Source: Tolypothrix carrinoi HA7290-LM1 | Lineage (GTDB): Bacteria; Cyanobacteriota; Cyanobacteriia; Cyanobacteriales; Nostocaceae | Assembly: GCA_019358935.1 (NCBI GenBank) | Contig: JAHHIK010000123.1 | Span: 1 to 23,259 of the forward strand | DNA: 23,259 nucleotides | Reading direction: 5' to 3' | In this document: positions 1-7,293 of the stretch, in pieces | Numbering within the stretch: the first letter of the stretch is position 1 | Layout: each line of letters begins with the position of its first letter | Program-made: the position numbers and the translations under genes | The notes under the pieces: generated by a model | What the model was told of the DNA's origin: nothing | Databases searched by the model: none | Seen by the model: only the letters and a program-made list of their open reading frames with translations

Positions 1-50
1 CAGCAGGTCATCTATAATAGCATAGACAGTAATTATTTGATTTAGCATAT

Positions 51-82
51 TCCCCTCCGTTTTTGTTCCTGGAGGGGATTTT
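51..82 (+). terminator. Possible intrinsic terminator / hairpin
   Basis: TCCCCTCC (51-58) and GGAGGGGA (71-78) form an 8-bp inverted repeat followed by TTTT. The upstream gene lies outside the window. Confidence 0.4.
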
Positions 83-124
83 ATTGCTTTTGCGATCGCG
101 CTCTCAAGTAACTAGCAACTTGGG

Positions 125-451
125 TTAATAGGCAAAAACTGCATTACACCTGGCGATGGTCAGCATGTGTACGATTTGGTCATCGGTGAATTGTTGGCAG
201 ACCGACCTGTAGAATTAGACTTTGCAGGAGTGGAAATATTTGCTTCCCCCTTCTTCAACTTCGCGATTGGACAACTGCTCAGAGATATCCAGCCAGAAAA
301 ACTCAACCGTCTTTTGAAGGTGTCCAACCTCAACCAAGTTGGCTTTTCAATACTTAAGTTAGTGATTGAAAACTCAAAGCGGTATTACTCTGACCCTGAT
401 TTCCGTAGTAGATTAGACCAAGTAATCAGCGAACAGGCTAATACCCTTTAA
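125..451 (+). pseudogene. STAS-like (DUF4325-type) protein, probably 5'-truncated
   Basis: The ORF has the typical 'VELDFAGVEIFASPFFNFAIGQL' motif. Family-like sequence continues in frame upstream of the GTG at 167 (LIGKNCITPGDGQHVYDL) but hits TAG at 113-115 with no ATG. Its stop overlaps the next ATG (TAATG, 449-453). Confidence 0.65.
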
Positions 452-1049
452 TGCCAGTTAACTACACAGTTCAGGCAGAGGTAGTTGATATCCGGTCTGA
501 CACTCCAAAAAAAGAGGACATCTTTTTAGTAGATACAAATGTCTGGTATTGGTACACATATACTAATGGCAGTATTTCATCTCTTCCTTATCAGATTATC
601 CTTCCTACGTTGCTACAGCTATTTCTGCTAACTCGTTGCTTTTATACTGCGGTCTTTCTTTAGCAGAATTAGCACACAACATTGAGCAGACAGAAAGACA
701 AATCTTTTCTTCTACATTAAAACCTAAGGAATACCGCCATAACTACCCAGCAGAAAGGGCTAAAGTTGTAGCTGAACTTCAAGCGGCTTGGAGTCAGGTG
801 AAATCGACTGCGGTATGCACTGATGTTTTGGTTAGCGAAGAAACAACAAACGCATCGCTTACCAGATTCCAAACCCAATTACTAGACGGCTATGACTTGC
901 TTATACTTGAGGCAATGGACAAAGCGCGAATAAAACAAATCATTACTGATGATGGTGATTATGTCACTGTCCCTGGTATCAAAGTTTTCACAGCTAATGG
1001 TAGTGCGATCGCCACAGCAAAAAGTCAAGGCAAGCTATTGATTAGATAA
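451..1049 (+). pseudogene. PIN-domain ribonuclease, frameshifted near 595
   Basis: The N-part (451-) has 'FLVDTNVW'. The C-part, in the -1 frame, reads YPSYVATAISANSLLLYCGLSLAELAH...LDGYD...IITDDGDY and supplies the remaining PIN acidic motifs. The two ORFs overlap and together form one PIN domain. Confidence 0.75.
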
Positions 1050-1204
1050 AAATGCGGTTGTTAACTTCGATATACAACATCATTTTTATACCAAACAATA
1101 AATTTGAGACACGGGAGTAGATGCAGTAAACCCAAGAGAGCGCTGCATCATACCATATATCGCCTACATCTAGAATGAAATAGCTTTGGGGGAGAACCTA
1201 CCGA

Positions 1205-2275
1205 TCAACCTGCTTCTAGTAACGATCGCTTTTTTTGCTGCGATTCTAAGCTAAGAATACAAACAATCAACCATACTAAACCTGCCGCATAGCCAGCTGT
1301 CACATCAGTCAGCCAATGTACTCCAAGATAAAGCCGACTGAAACCGATCGCAGCAATTAAGACAACAGTCAAAGCATAAATCCGCAAGCGCCATTGAGGA
1401 AACTGAAGAGCTAAAATATAGCCGGTAAAACCGTAAATCACTATTGAAACCATTGCATGACCGCTGGGGAAACTGTGTTGACCCACATTAATAATATGCT
1501 TCCACAGTGCTGGACGCGCTCTACCAAATAATATTTTCATTAAACAATTTAGCAAGATTGCACCAACTCCAGCTATACCCAAGATAGTTGCTTGCCAGCG
1601 ACGATTATGATATAAGGGACTAATTGCCAGCCCCAAAGAAGATATCAGCATAAAGAGTGGATCGCCCAGAAAAGTGATACTAAGCAACAGGCGATCGAGC
1701 AGTGGTGTATGCAGCTTCTGGATCGAGAGTAAAATGGCTTCGTCAAGATTATATGCGTACAATAGTCCGGTGCCACATACAAGGGCGCAAACAGCCCCCA
1801 ATACCGGAATAAATTGACTGTTTGTTTGGTCTAATTGTCGCTGCATGGATATTTGATATCTGGCAAAATCAAATATGTTTCGGTTATTACCCCTGATGAA
1901 AGCAGTATTTTCTTTAGTATCAAAAAAATGCAAATTACTGTCTTTAATGACTGCGGCAACTGATTGGCTTTGTGTGGCAGCAAGTGATTTACTGCATTTT
2001 TTCCGATAATCTAAGACAATTTCTTGAATGAGCAGCGCGATCGCCTTTAAACTCTTATCTGGATGGAAAATAACAAGAACATTTCCTGTGTAACTATTAG
2101 CACGAGCTTGCAAGATTATTTCCTGCTCTAATAATCTCGATTCAAGATATCTTTTGAAAGCTTCCGAATAATGAAGTCCATATACCTTATATCTAGCTCT
2201 TCCTTTAACAGCAGTATGTATTGCTTGAACCAAATGATTCTGATTAAGAAGTTTATCCAAATGAGAAGTACCCAT
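1205..2275 (-). CDS. HMA2-like domain fused to a PAP2-family membrane lipid phosphatase
   Basis: The C-terminus has the PAP2 motifs KILFGRARP (C1), FPSGH (C2) and SRLYLGVHWLTD (C3) with several TM helices. The N-terminus 'IHTAVKGRARYKV...ARANSYTGNVLVIF' matches the HMA2-like domain of the neighbouring genes. Confidence 0.85.
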   Translation of the reverse strand: MGTSHLDKLLNQNHLVQAIHTAVKGRARYKVYGLHYSEAFKRYLESRLLEQEIILQARANSYTGNVLVIFHPDKSLKAIALLIQEIVLDYRKKCSKSLAATQSQSVAAVIKDSNLHFFDTKENTAFIRGNNRNIFDFARYQISMQRQLDQTNSQFIPVLGAVCALVCGTGLLYAYNLDEAILLSIQKLHTPLLDRLLLSITFLGDPLFMLISSLGLAISPLYHNRRWQATILGIAGVGAILLNCLMKILFGRARPALWKHIINVGQHSFPSGHAMVSIVIYGFTGYILALQFPQWRLRIYALTVVLIAAIGFSRLYLGVHWLTDVTAGYAAGLVWLIVCILSLESQQKKRSLLEAG

Positions 2276-2353
2276 TTTTTTACTTAATTGATGTCAAACC
2301 GTATCTGAATTTAACAGGTGATACCTTAATGTCAATCGTCACTGTGTTGGTAG

Positions 2354-2998
2354 CTACACAACGTCAGCTTCGCTAGCAGGTTGCAGTTGTAAAGGCTGGG
2401 AATTCACCTCGACATTGCCGTGCAATTGCCTTCGCTTGTTGGGCAAGATAAATATGGTGGCAGATTTTAGCCTCTTGATTATGGTTCTTGAGGTAGAAAG
2501 TATCCGTTCCCAAACGTCTGTCCTAAACCTTTGATGTACAATGGCATTACGCGCTTGGTTGATGTTGCGTGTACTGTCAATTAAGTTAATTACAGCATCA
2601 AAGATGGTTAAGATAATTGATTTTGCCGTTACCTGTTTTGGCACAACCACATCTTGGGCAGTTTGAATCAGACTGACCAGATGCTCGCGCATTTGATTAT
2701 CTGAAATTACGCCTACTTGATAATTGATGACGATGGATGCAGCTTCCGGGTTAGCACGGACATTTGTAACCCTACGGTCAGATTCTATCACTAATTTTAG
2801 TTTATTAGCATACTCAGAATCTATGGCTAGCAGAGGAATACGAAAACGTATGCGCCCACGAATTGCATGGACAATGCTATAGAATATCTTTTGGGATGGC
2901 ACTGTTTTCTTAGCTACGCTTTTAGTTGTCTTTTCCGGTGCTAAAGAAAGGTTAACAATAGCACTTTTGTCAGAATTAAATTGTTTTCTAGAAGTCAT
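2354..2998 (-). CDS. HMA2-like domain protein
   Basis: 'YSIVHAIRGRIRFRIP...VTNVRANPEAASIVINY' is clearly paralogous to the N-terminal domain of the ATPase at 7294-9531. There is no CxxC. Confidence 0.8.
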   Translation of the reverse strand: MTSRKQFNSDKSAIVNLSLAPEKTTKSVAKKTVPSQKIFYSIVHAIRGRIRFRIPLLAIDSEYANKLKLVIESDRRVTNVRANPEAASIVINYQVGVISDNQMREHLVSLIQTAQDVVVPKQVTAKSIILTIFDAVINLIDSTRNINQARNAIVHQRFRTDVWERILSTSRTIIKRLKSATIFILPNKRRQLHGNVEVNSQPLQLQPASEADVV

Positions 2999-3217
2999 AC
3001 TGTCATATTTTTATTTAAAAAAACAGAACCGAGGGTTATAAAGTTTTTGATTGATGTTCTAAGACGTTTTATTGAACTGCATTCAGTTCACTTTATTCAT
3101 AGCTATTCTTCTGAGTGAAAACATCTATCCCCGTAGTGAATCTAGCTGTCGCTACTATTAGGTTGATTAAGTTTCTTTAACATAGCTGCCTTTCTGATAA
3201 ATGCTCGTATCTCCCCC

Positions 3218-3364
3218 TCTTAGATAATTATCATTTTTATTTACAGTATATGTAGGGTGTGTTACGCCGAAAGTACGGCACTACCCTTTATGTTTTGGTG
3301 CCGTACCCTCAGCAATAACACACCCTACTTGTACTTCTTAGATAATTATCATTTTTATTTACAG
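3218..3364. repeat. 29-bp perfect direct repeat flanking a REP-like palindromic element
   Basis: TCTTAGATAATTATCATTTTTATTTACAG occurs at 3218-3246 and 3336-3364. Between the copies are GTAGGGTGTGTTA (3252-3264) / TAACACACCCTAC (3316-3328) and an inner IR GTACGGCAC (3273-3281) / GTGCCGTAC (3298-3306). Confidence 0.9.
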
Positions 3365-3520
3365 ATAGTTCAGTACATAAACGTATTGACATGTAAGGCT
3401 TTTAACTGGTCACGAATGGGTTACTATACTCTCAAGTAGTAAGATCGAGAGTATGTATGAATTTCCTGGATAAGAGTATTGCCCTGATTTCATGCAAGCG
3501 TTACTTATTTATTTTATTTA

Positions 3521-5887
3521 ATGCCTAGGTATATGTTTATGCAACAAGGGTTAAGGTTACTAATTCAACTGATAGTAGAGTTTGCACCTGTTCTTGCAGA
3601 GTTAGTACAAAAGAGAAGTCAAGCGAGTCTGTCTTTGAGTAAATATCAACCGATTGAAGCAATTCCCGAATTACTTAAAGCTCTAAATACTTCAGTTCAA
3701 AAAAGTAGTGATGTTGAAGACTTTGAACAAGAAAGAATTCTCCAACAGCAATTAGTAGCTTACAACCACGAGACGCGATTAAGAATAGCCCAAGAAGAGC
3801 GAGAAACAGCACTCAAGTTGCCTGAAGTCAATAAAATTCTTGATAACTGGTCTTTAAGATTATACCCTTCACAAATTTTAGAGCACACTAATTATGGACG
3901 GACTCCACTAAAAATTTTTATCGCTCCTCCTCAAGTACATTTTGACCAATTTGAGGATAATAGAGATGAAGGAATTTCCCAAATTGAGTTAACGTTGGCT
4001 GAAGGATTACGAGATTTTCTTAACAAGCATTACTCTCTACACAGTCAAGTTAGACCAACAGAGTTTTTAGCAGGAGCTTGGGATAGTAAACGTTTTCACA
4101 GTGAATCAAGTATTAAGGCTCTGTTTGGAATGTTGAAAACAGAGCCTATTTTGATTTTAGAGTCAGAAAATGATGGAGATTATTTAAATTTTCGTATCGC
4201 TTACTGGGGTTTGGGACAAAATAATTATTATTATAAAACGATCGCTCGTTTACCTTATCGACAAATTCTGGAAGAGTCTGCTAAAAGACGAGCGTTAGAA
4301 TGGAAAAAAATTAGAGATGAACTGATAGCATTAGGAGAAAGTTTAGAGGATATTAATCAGATTGGTAAAGATAATGTTGTTAATTTAGCAATTTTAGAGA
4401 AGTTAGAAAAATGGAATGATAAAGGAATTGATATTAGTAAGTTATCCTTACAATATCAAGTCAATCGTCAGGACTTTGAAAAACTTTGCCAAGTTTTGAT
4501 TACCTATCACTGTTTGGTTGCTGGGTGGGTAGCGGATGCTTACCACCTGGTCGATCGCGATATACCTCCGCTACTACCAGAGTTGCTGCCGAGTTTGCTG
4601 GAAGATACTTTTGATTTACAATCAGTAGAGGTTATCGCCTCTGGTTACAAACAAGTTTACCAAGCTCTGGAAAATGAGCGTTGTTACTGGATTCCGGAAT
4701 TGGCTTTGCAATTAGCTCAGAGTTTATCTCATTTAAGCGATGCCTACGGCGGTAAACTACGCTCTTGGGCAAACGAACAGCTTTCATTTTCTGTGAATAC
4801 ATGGTTGCAACTACACCAAATATCACCACAACATTCTATCAACCCGCTTCAGGCAATGCAATCAGCCGTCAGCATCAAAGATGAGGAATATGTCAAAAAG
4901 TTAAGAGAATATTTTGTCGCAGTCGGTGATAGTCAGAGTATTGCTGATGTTGAGGCAATTTTGAATTGCGTCGCCAACCTCAAACACCAAGTTACACTAG
5001 AACGTACCGTCCTCAGGCACACTTTAACTGGACATTCAGAAAAAGTAACATCTGTCGTCATTAGTCCTGATTCTGAGACTTTAGTTAGCGGGTGTGCAGA
5101 TAAAACCATCAAAGTATGGAATCTCAACACCGGCAAACTTATCCGTACCCTCACAGAAGATTTAGGAGAAATTTCCTCTGTTGCTGTTAGTTCCGATGGA
5201 CATTTTCTCGCTGTTGGTAGTTGCCAACATCCCAAAAGTAATGTCAAAGTATGGAACCTCAATTCTCGGAAATTACTTCACACTCTCTTAGGACATCAAA
5301 AACCGGTTAACTGCATCGCAATCAGTCCTGACGGACAAATTCTTGCCAGCGGTAGTAATAAAATCAAAATTTGGAACTTACATAAAGGCGATCGCATTTG
5401 TACCCTTTGGCATTCATCCGCAGTTAATGCCGCTGCTATCAGTCCCGATGGTACAATCCTCGCTAGTGCTAGTTCTGACAACAAAATTAGGCTGTGGAAC
5501 CCACGCACCGGAGATCCATTACGCACTCTTAACGGACATTCAGGTGAGGTGAAATCAGTAATCATTAGTCCTGATGGAGAAATTCTCTTTAGCGGTAGCG
5601 CAGACAAAACCATCAAAATTTGGCATCTAGCTACAGGTAAAGTGCTGCACACCTTGACTGGACATTCAGAAGAGGTAAGATCCTTAGCTGTTAGTCCTGA
5701 TGGAGAAATTCTCTTTAGTGGTAGCGCAGACAAAACTATCAAAATTTGGCTTTTACGCACGGGAGAGTTACTGCAAACTCTAACAGAACACTCAGGGGCA
5801 GTCAACTCTATTGCTATGAGCAAGGATGGTCAATTTCTTGCTAGTGGTAGTTCTGATAAAACCATCAAAATTTGGCGGTTGAAATAA
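3521..5887 (+). CDS. WD40-repeat protein (7-blade C-terminal propeller) with a long uncharacterised N-terminal region
   Basis: Seven GH...S(P/S)DG...D.TIKIW repeats occupy the last ~290 aa. The N-terminal ~490 aa are helical/coiled-coil-like. The start could be any of ATG 3521/3533/3539. Confidence 0.9.
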   Translation: MPRYMFMQQGLRLLIQLIVEFAPVLAELVQKRSQASLSLSKYQPIEAIPELLKALNTSVQKSSDVEDFEQERILQQQLVAYNHETRLRIAQEERETALKLPEVNKILDNWSLRLYPSQILEHTNYGRTPLKIFIAPPQVHFDQFEDNRDEGISQIELTLAEGLRDFLNKHYSLHSQVRPTEFLAGAWDSKRFHSESSIKALFGMLKTEPILILESENDGDYLNFRIAYWGLGQNNYYYKTIARLPYRQILEESAKRRALEWKKIRDELIALGESLEDINQIGKDNVVNLAILEKLEKWNDKGIDISKLSLQYQVNRQDFEKLCQVLITYHCLVAGWVADAYHLVDRDIPPLLPELLPSLLEDTFDLQSVEVIASGYKQVYQALENERCYWIPELALQLAQSLSHLSDAYGGKLRSWANEQLSFSVNTWLQLHQISPQHSINPLQAMQSAVSIKDEEYVKKLREYFVAVGDSQSIADVEAILNCVANLKHQVTLERTVLRHTLTGHSEKVTSVVISPDSETLVSGCADKTIKVWNLNTGKLIRTLTEDLGEISSVAVSSDGHFLAVGSCQHPKSNVKVWNLNSRKLLHTLLGHQKPVNCIAISPDGQILASGSNKIKIWNLHKGDRICTLWHSSAVNAAAISPDGTILASASSDNKIRLWNPRTGDPLRTLNGHSGEVKSVIISPDGEILFSGSADKTIKIWHLATGKVLHTLTGHSEEVRSLAVSPDGEILFSGSADKTIKIWLLRTGELLQTLTEHSGAVNSIAMSKDGQFLASGSSDKTIKIWRLK
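4737..4762. mobile_element. SDR-like 18-bp insertion splitting a HIP1 site inside the WD40 gene
   Basis: The sequence is GCGAT[GCCTACGGCGGTAAACTA]CGC. Removing 4742-4759 restores GCGATCGC and the reading L-S-D-R-S-W. Confidence 0.75.
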
Positions 5888-5893
5888 GCTTTT

Positions 5894-6472
5894 TTACTCG
5901 TTTGTTGATTGTTTTTGGCTATTTACGTGCAACTTGATAAAGCTATCAAAAGCATACCATGCTAAAACATACCAGGGAATAATTTCTAATTGCAGTCCTT
6001 TATTAAGTAATTGCCGCAGCGAAAGAGTAGCTAATCCCAAAGGGAAAAGAATCCGTAAATCAAAAGCACCATGTGTTGACTGTTTGACGCGCTGGTTTAA
6101 GTCAACAACCGCTGATGATACTCCGGCTGCTGCCTCGGTGTTACCTTCGGTAACATCGGCAAAAATTATTCCTAAATCTTTAAGTGTCGCTAGCACATTT
6201 TCTAGGCTGCCATCTTTACCGTCGTGATTGATAACAATACTGCCATGATAAACGTTAGTTTTAACTTGATTTATGTGAGAATTTGCTGACAAAGCATTGG
6301 CGATGCGTTGCATCTTTTCTGGTTGACGATGGGAATGAGCTACTCTCAATCGCAATCTTCCGGGAGTCGAACTGACAACTTTTGTGGATATCGGTTTTGC
6401 TGGTGTTTTTAAGGTGGCTTTGTCTATAATTTCCGGCATTTTATTGTAAGTGCTATAACCATTTGTTAACAT
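5894..6472 (-). CDS. HMA2-like domain protein with C-terminal membrane segment (FezC-like architecture)
   Basis: 'VVSSTPGRLRLRV...VKTNVYHGSIVIN' is followed by the hydrophobic 'DLRILFPLGLATLSL...IIPWYVLAWYAFDSF'. Confidence 0.8.
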   Translation of the reverse strand: MLTNGYSTYNKMPEIIDKATLKTPAKPISTKVVSSTPGRLRLRVAHSHRQPEKMQRIANALSANSHINQVKTNVYHGSIVINHDGKDGSLENVLATLKDLGIIFADVTEGNTEAAAGVSSAVVDLNQRVKQSTHGAFDLRILFPLGLATLSLRQLLNKGLQLEIIPWYVLAWYAFDSFIKLHVNSQKQSTNE

Positions 6473-6533
6473 GCAATTGCCTTTTTGGTTTGTGTGATGG
6501 TGGGTTTTTTGTTGTGAAAGGATTTGTTATCTA

Positions 6534-6650
6534 TAGGACTTACGCTTTTAGGACTAAAAAACGAACCGCGTTCGGCGAAGCCGTTGCCGCAGGCTAGACA
6601 CGAAGGACACGAAGAAATAAGAGTTTGAGAGAGTTTTTGCGTAAGTGTTG
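6534..6650. mobile_element. MITE-like element 1
   Basis: Ends are TAGGACTTACGC ... GCGTAAGTGTTG (perfect 8-bp core ACTTACGC/GCGTAAGT). It is flanked by the direct repeat TATCTA (6528-6533, 6651-6656) and contains ACACGAAG repeats and a GC-rich SDR-like stretch. Confidence 0.7.
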
Positions 6651-6668
6651 TATCTAATATTTTCAGTA

Positions 6669-6768
6669 GGTACTTCCAAAACATAAATTATTCTATTTTC
6701 GTAGGGTGCGTTAGGTGGAAGACCGTAACGCACCCTACTAATTTGATATTTTGGTAATTGGAAGTCCC
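6669..6768. mobile_element. MITE-like element 2 containing a REP-like palindrome
   Basis: Terminal IRs GGTACTTCCAA / TTGGAAGTCCC (1 mismatch). Internal perfect 13-bp IR GTAGGGTGCGTTA (6701-6713) / TAACGCACCCTAC (6726-6738). Confidence 0.7.
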
Positions 6769-6782
6769 CTATGGGGAACAAT

Positions 6783-6892
6783 TTACAGCAATTTTCATGT
6801 ATTTAGACCACACTCTTGTTTCTTCCTTTGCGCCTTTGCGACTTGGCGTGAGATAAAAATAATGTGGTTGATTTACCTGAAAATCGCTGTAA
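6783..6892. mobile_element. MITE-like element 3
   Basis: Imperfect ~30-bp terminal IRs TTACAGCAATTTTCATGTATTTAGACCACA / TGTGGTTGATTTACCTGAAAATCGCTGTAA. Internal CCTTTGCG tandem repeat. Confidence 0.7.
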
Positions 6893-6913
6893 CTTGCTGA
6901 TGGGCGGATGGGA

Positions 6914-7222
6914 TTATGCCCCATTATCTGGGACATTATCTGCATGGGTGGCACTAGCTTCAAACGCTGGGGTTTGTTTTTCCTCAGCAAGTTCTGCTCT
7001 AGCTTCGGCTACCATGTCTTCCCAGGTTTCCCCCATTTCTGCAATGGTTCCTTTGCTTCTTTCATAAAGACCAATTCCACCTTTGATCACTGATTTGACT
7101 AAGGGTTTACCAACTCCAGCTACAATCGGCAACAAAACAGGTGCTAAAAGTACTGCACCAATTCCGGCTATAATACCGGGAGCGCCTGCGTCTTCCACGA
7201 AATCACTAATTTTAGGTGCCAT
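6914..7222 (-). CDS. DUF5132-type small membrane protein (GxxxG-rich, MamC/Fez-like)
   Basis: 'GIIAGIGAVLLAPVLLPIVAGVGKPLVKSVIKGGI...GETWEDMVAEARAEL'. The ATG at 7222 is preceded at 8 nt by AGGAGGA (7231-7237, minus strand), which favours it over the TTG at 7228. Confidence 0.8.
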   Translation of the reverse strand: MAPKISDFVEDAGAPGIIAGIGAVLLAPVLLPIVAGVGKPLVKSVIKGGIGLYERSKGTIAEMGETWEDMVAEARAELAEEKQTPAFEASATHADNVPDNGA

Positions 7223-7293
7223 ATTCAATTTCCTCCTGGTTAATTAAAAAATCTGGGAAAGCTTTTTAAGGTACTCTTGTCAAGATAGTTGTA

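Noticed and set aside
1120..1149. GATGCAG...CTGCATC inverted repeat between convergent genes
   Set aside because: A 7-bp stem with a 16-nt loop and no U-tract is too weak to call a terminator.
3218..3364. Possible mini-CRISPR (two identical 29-bp repeats)
   Set aside because: There are only two copies, the 89-bp 'spacer' is itself a palindromic repeat, the repeat lacks CRISPR-like ends, and no cas genes are present.
3257..3439. 60-aa ORF
   Set aside because: It starts inside the REP-like hairpin and spans the duplicated 29-mer, with no protein features.
4632..5823. Antisense/alternate-frame ORFs over the WD40 gene
   Set aside because: These are shadows of the repetitive WD40 coding sequence.
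6466..7093. Several 61-75 aa ORFs between or over the HMA2 and DUF5132 genes
   Set aside because: They run through MITE/REP sequence or lie antisense to a real gene.
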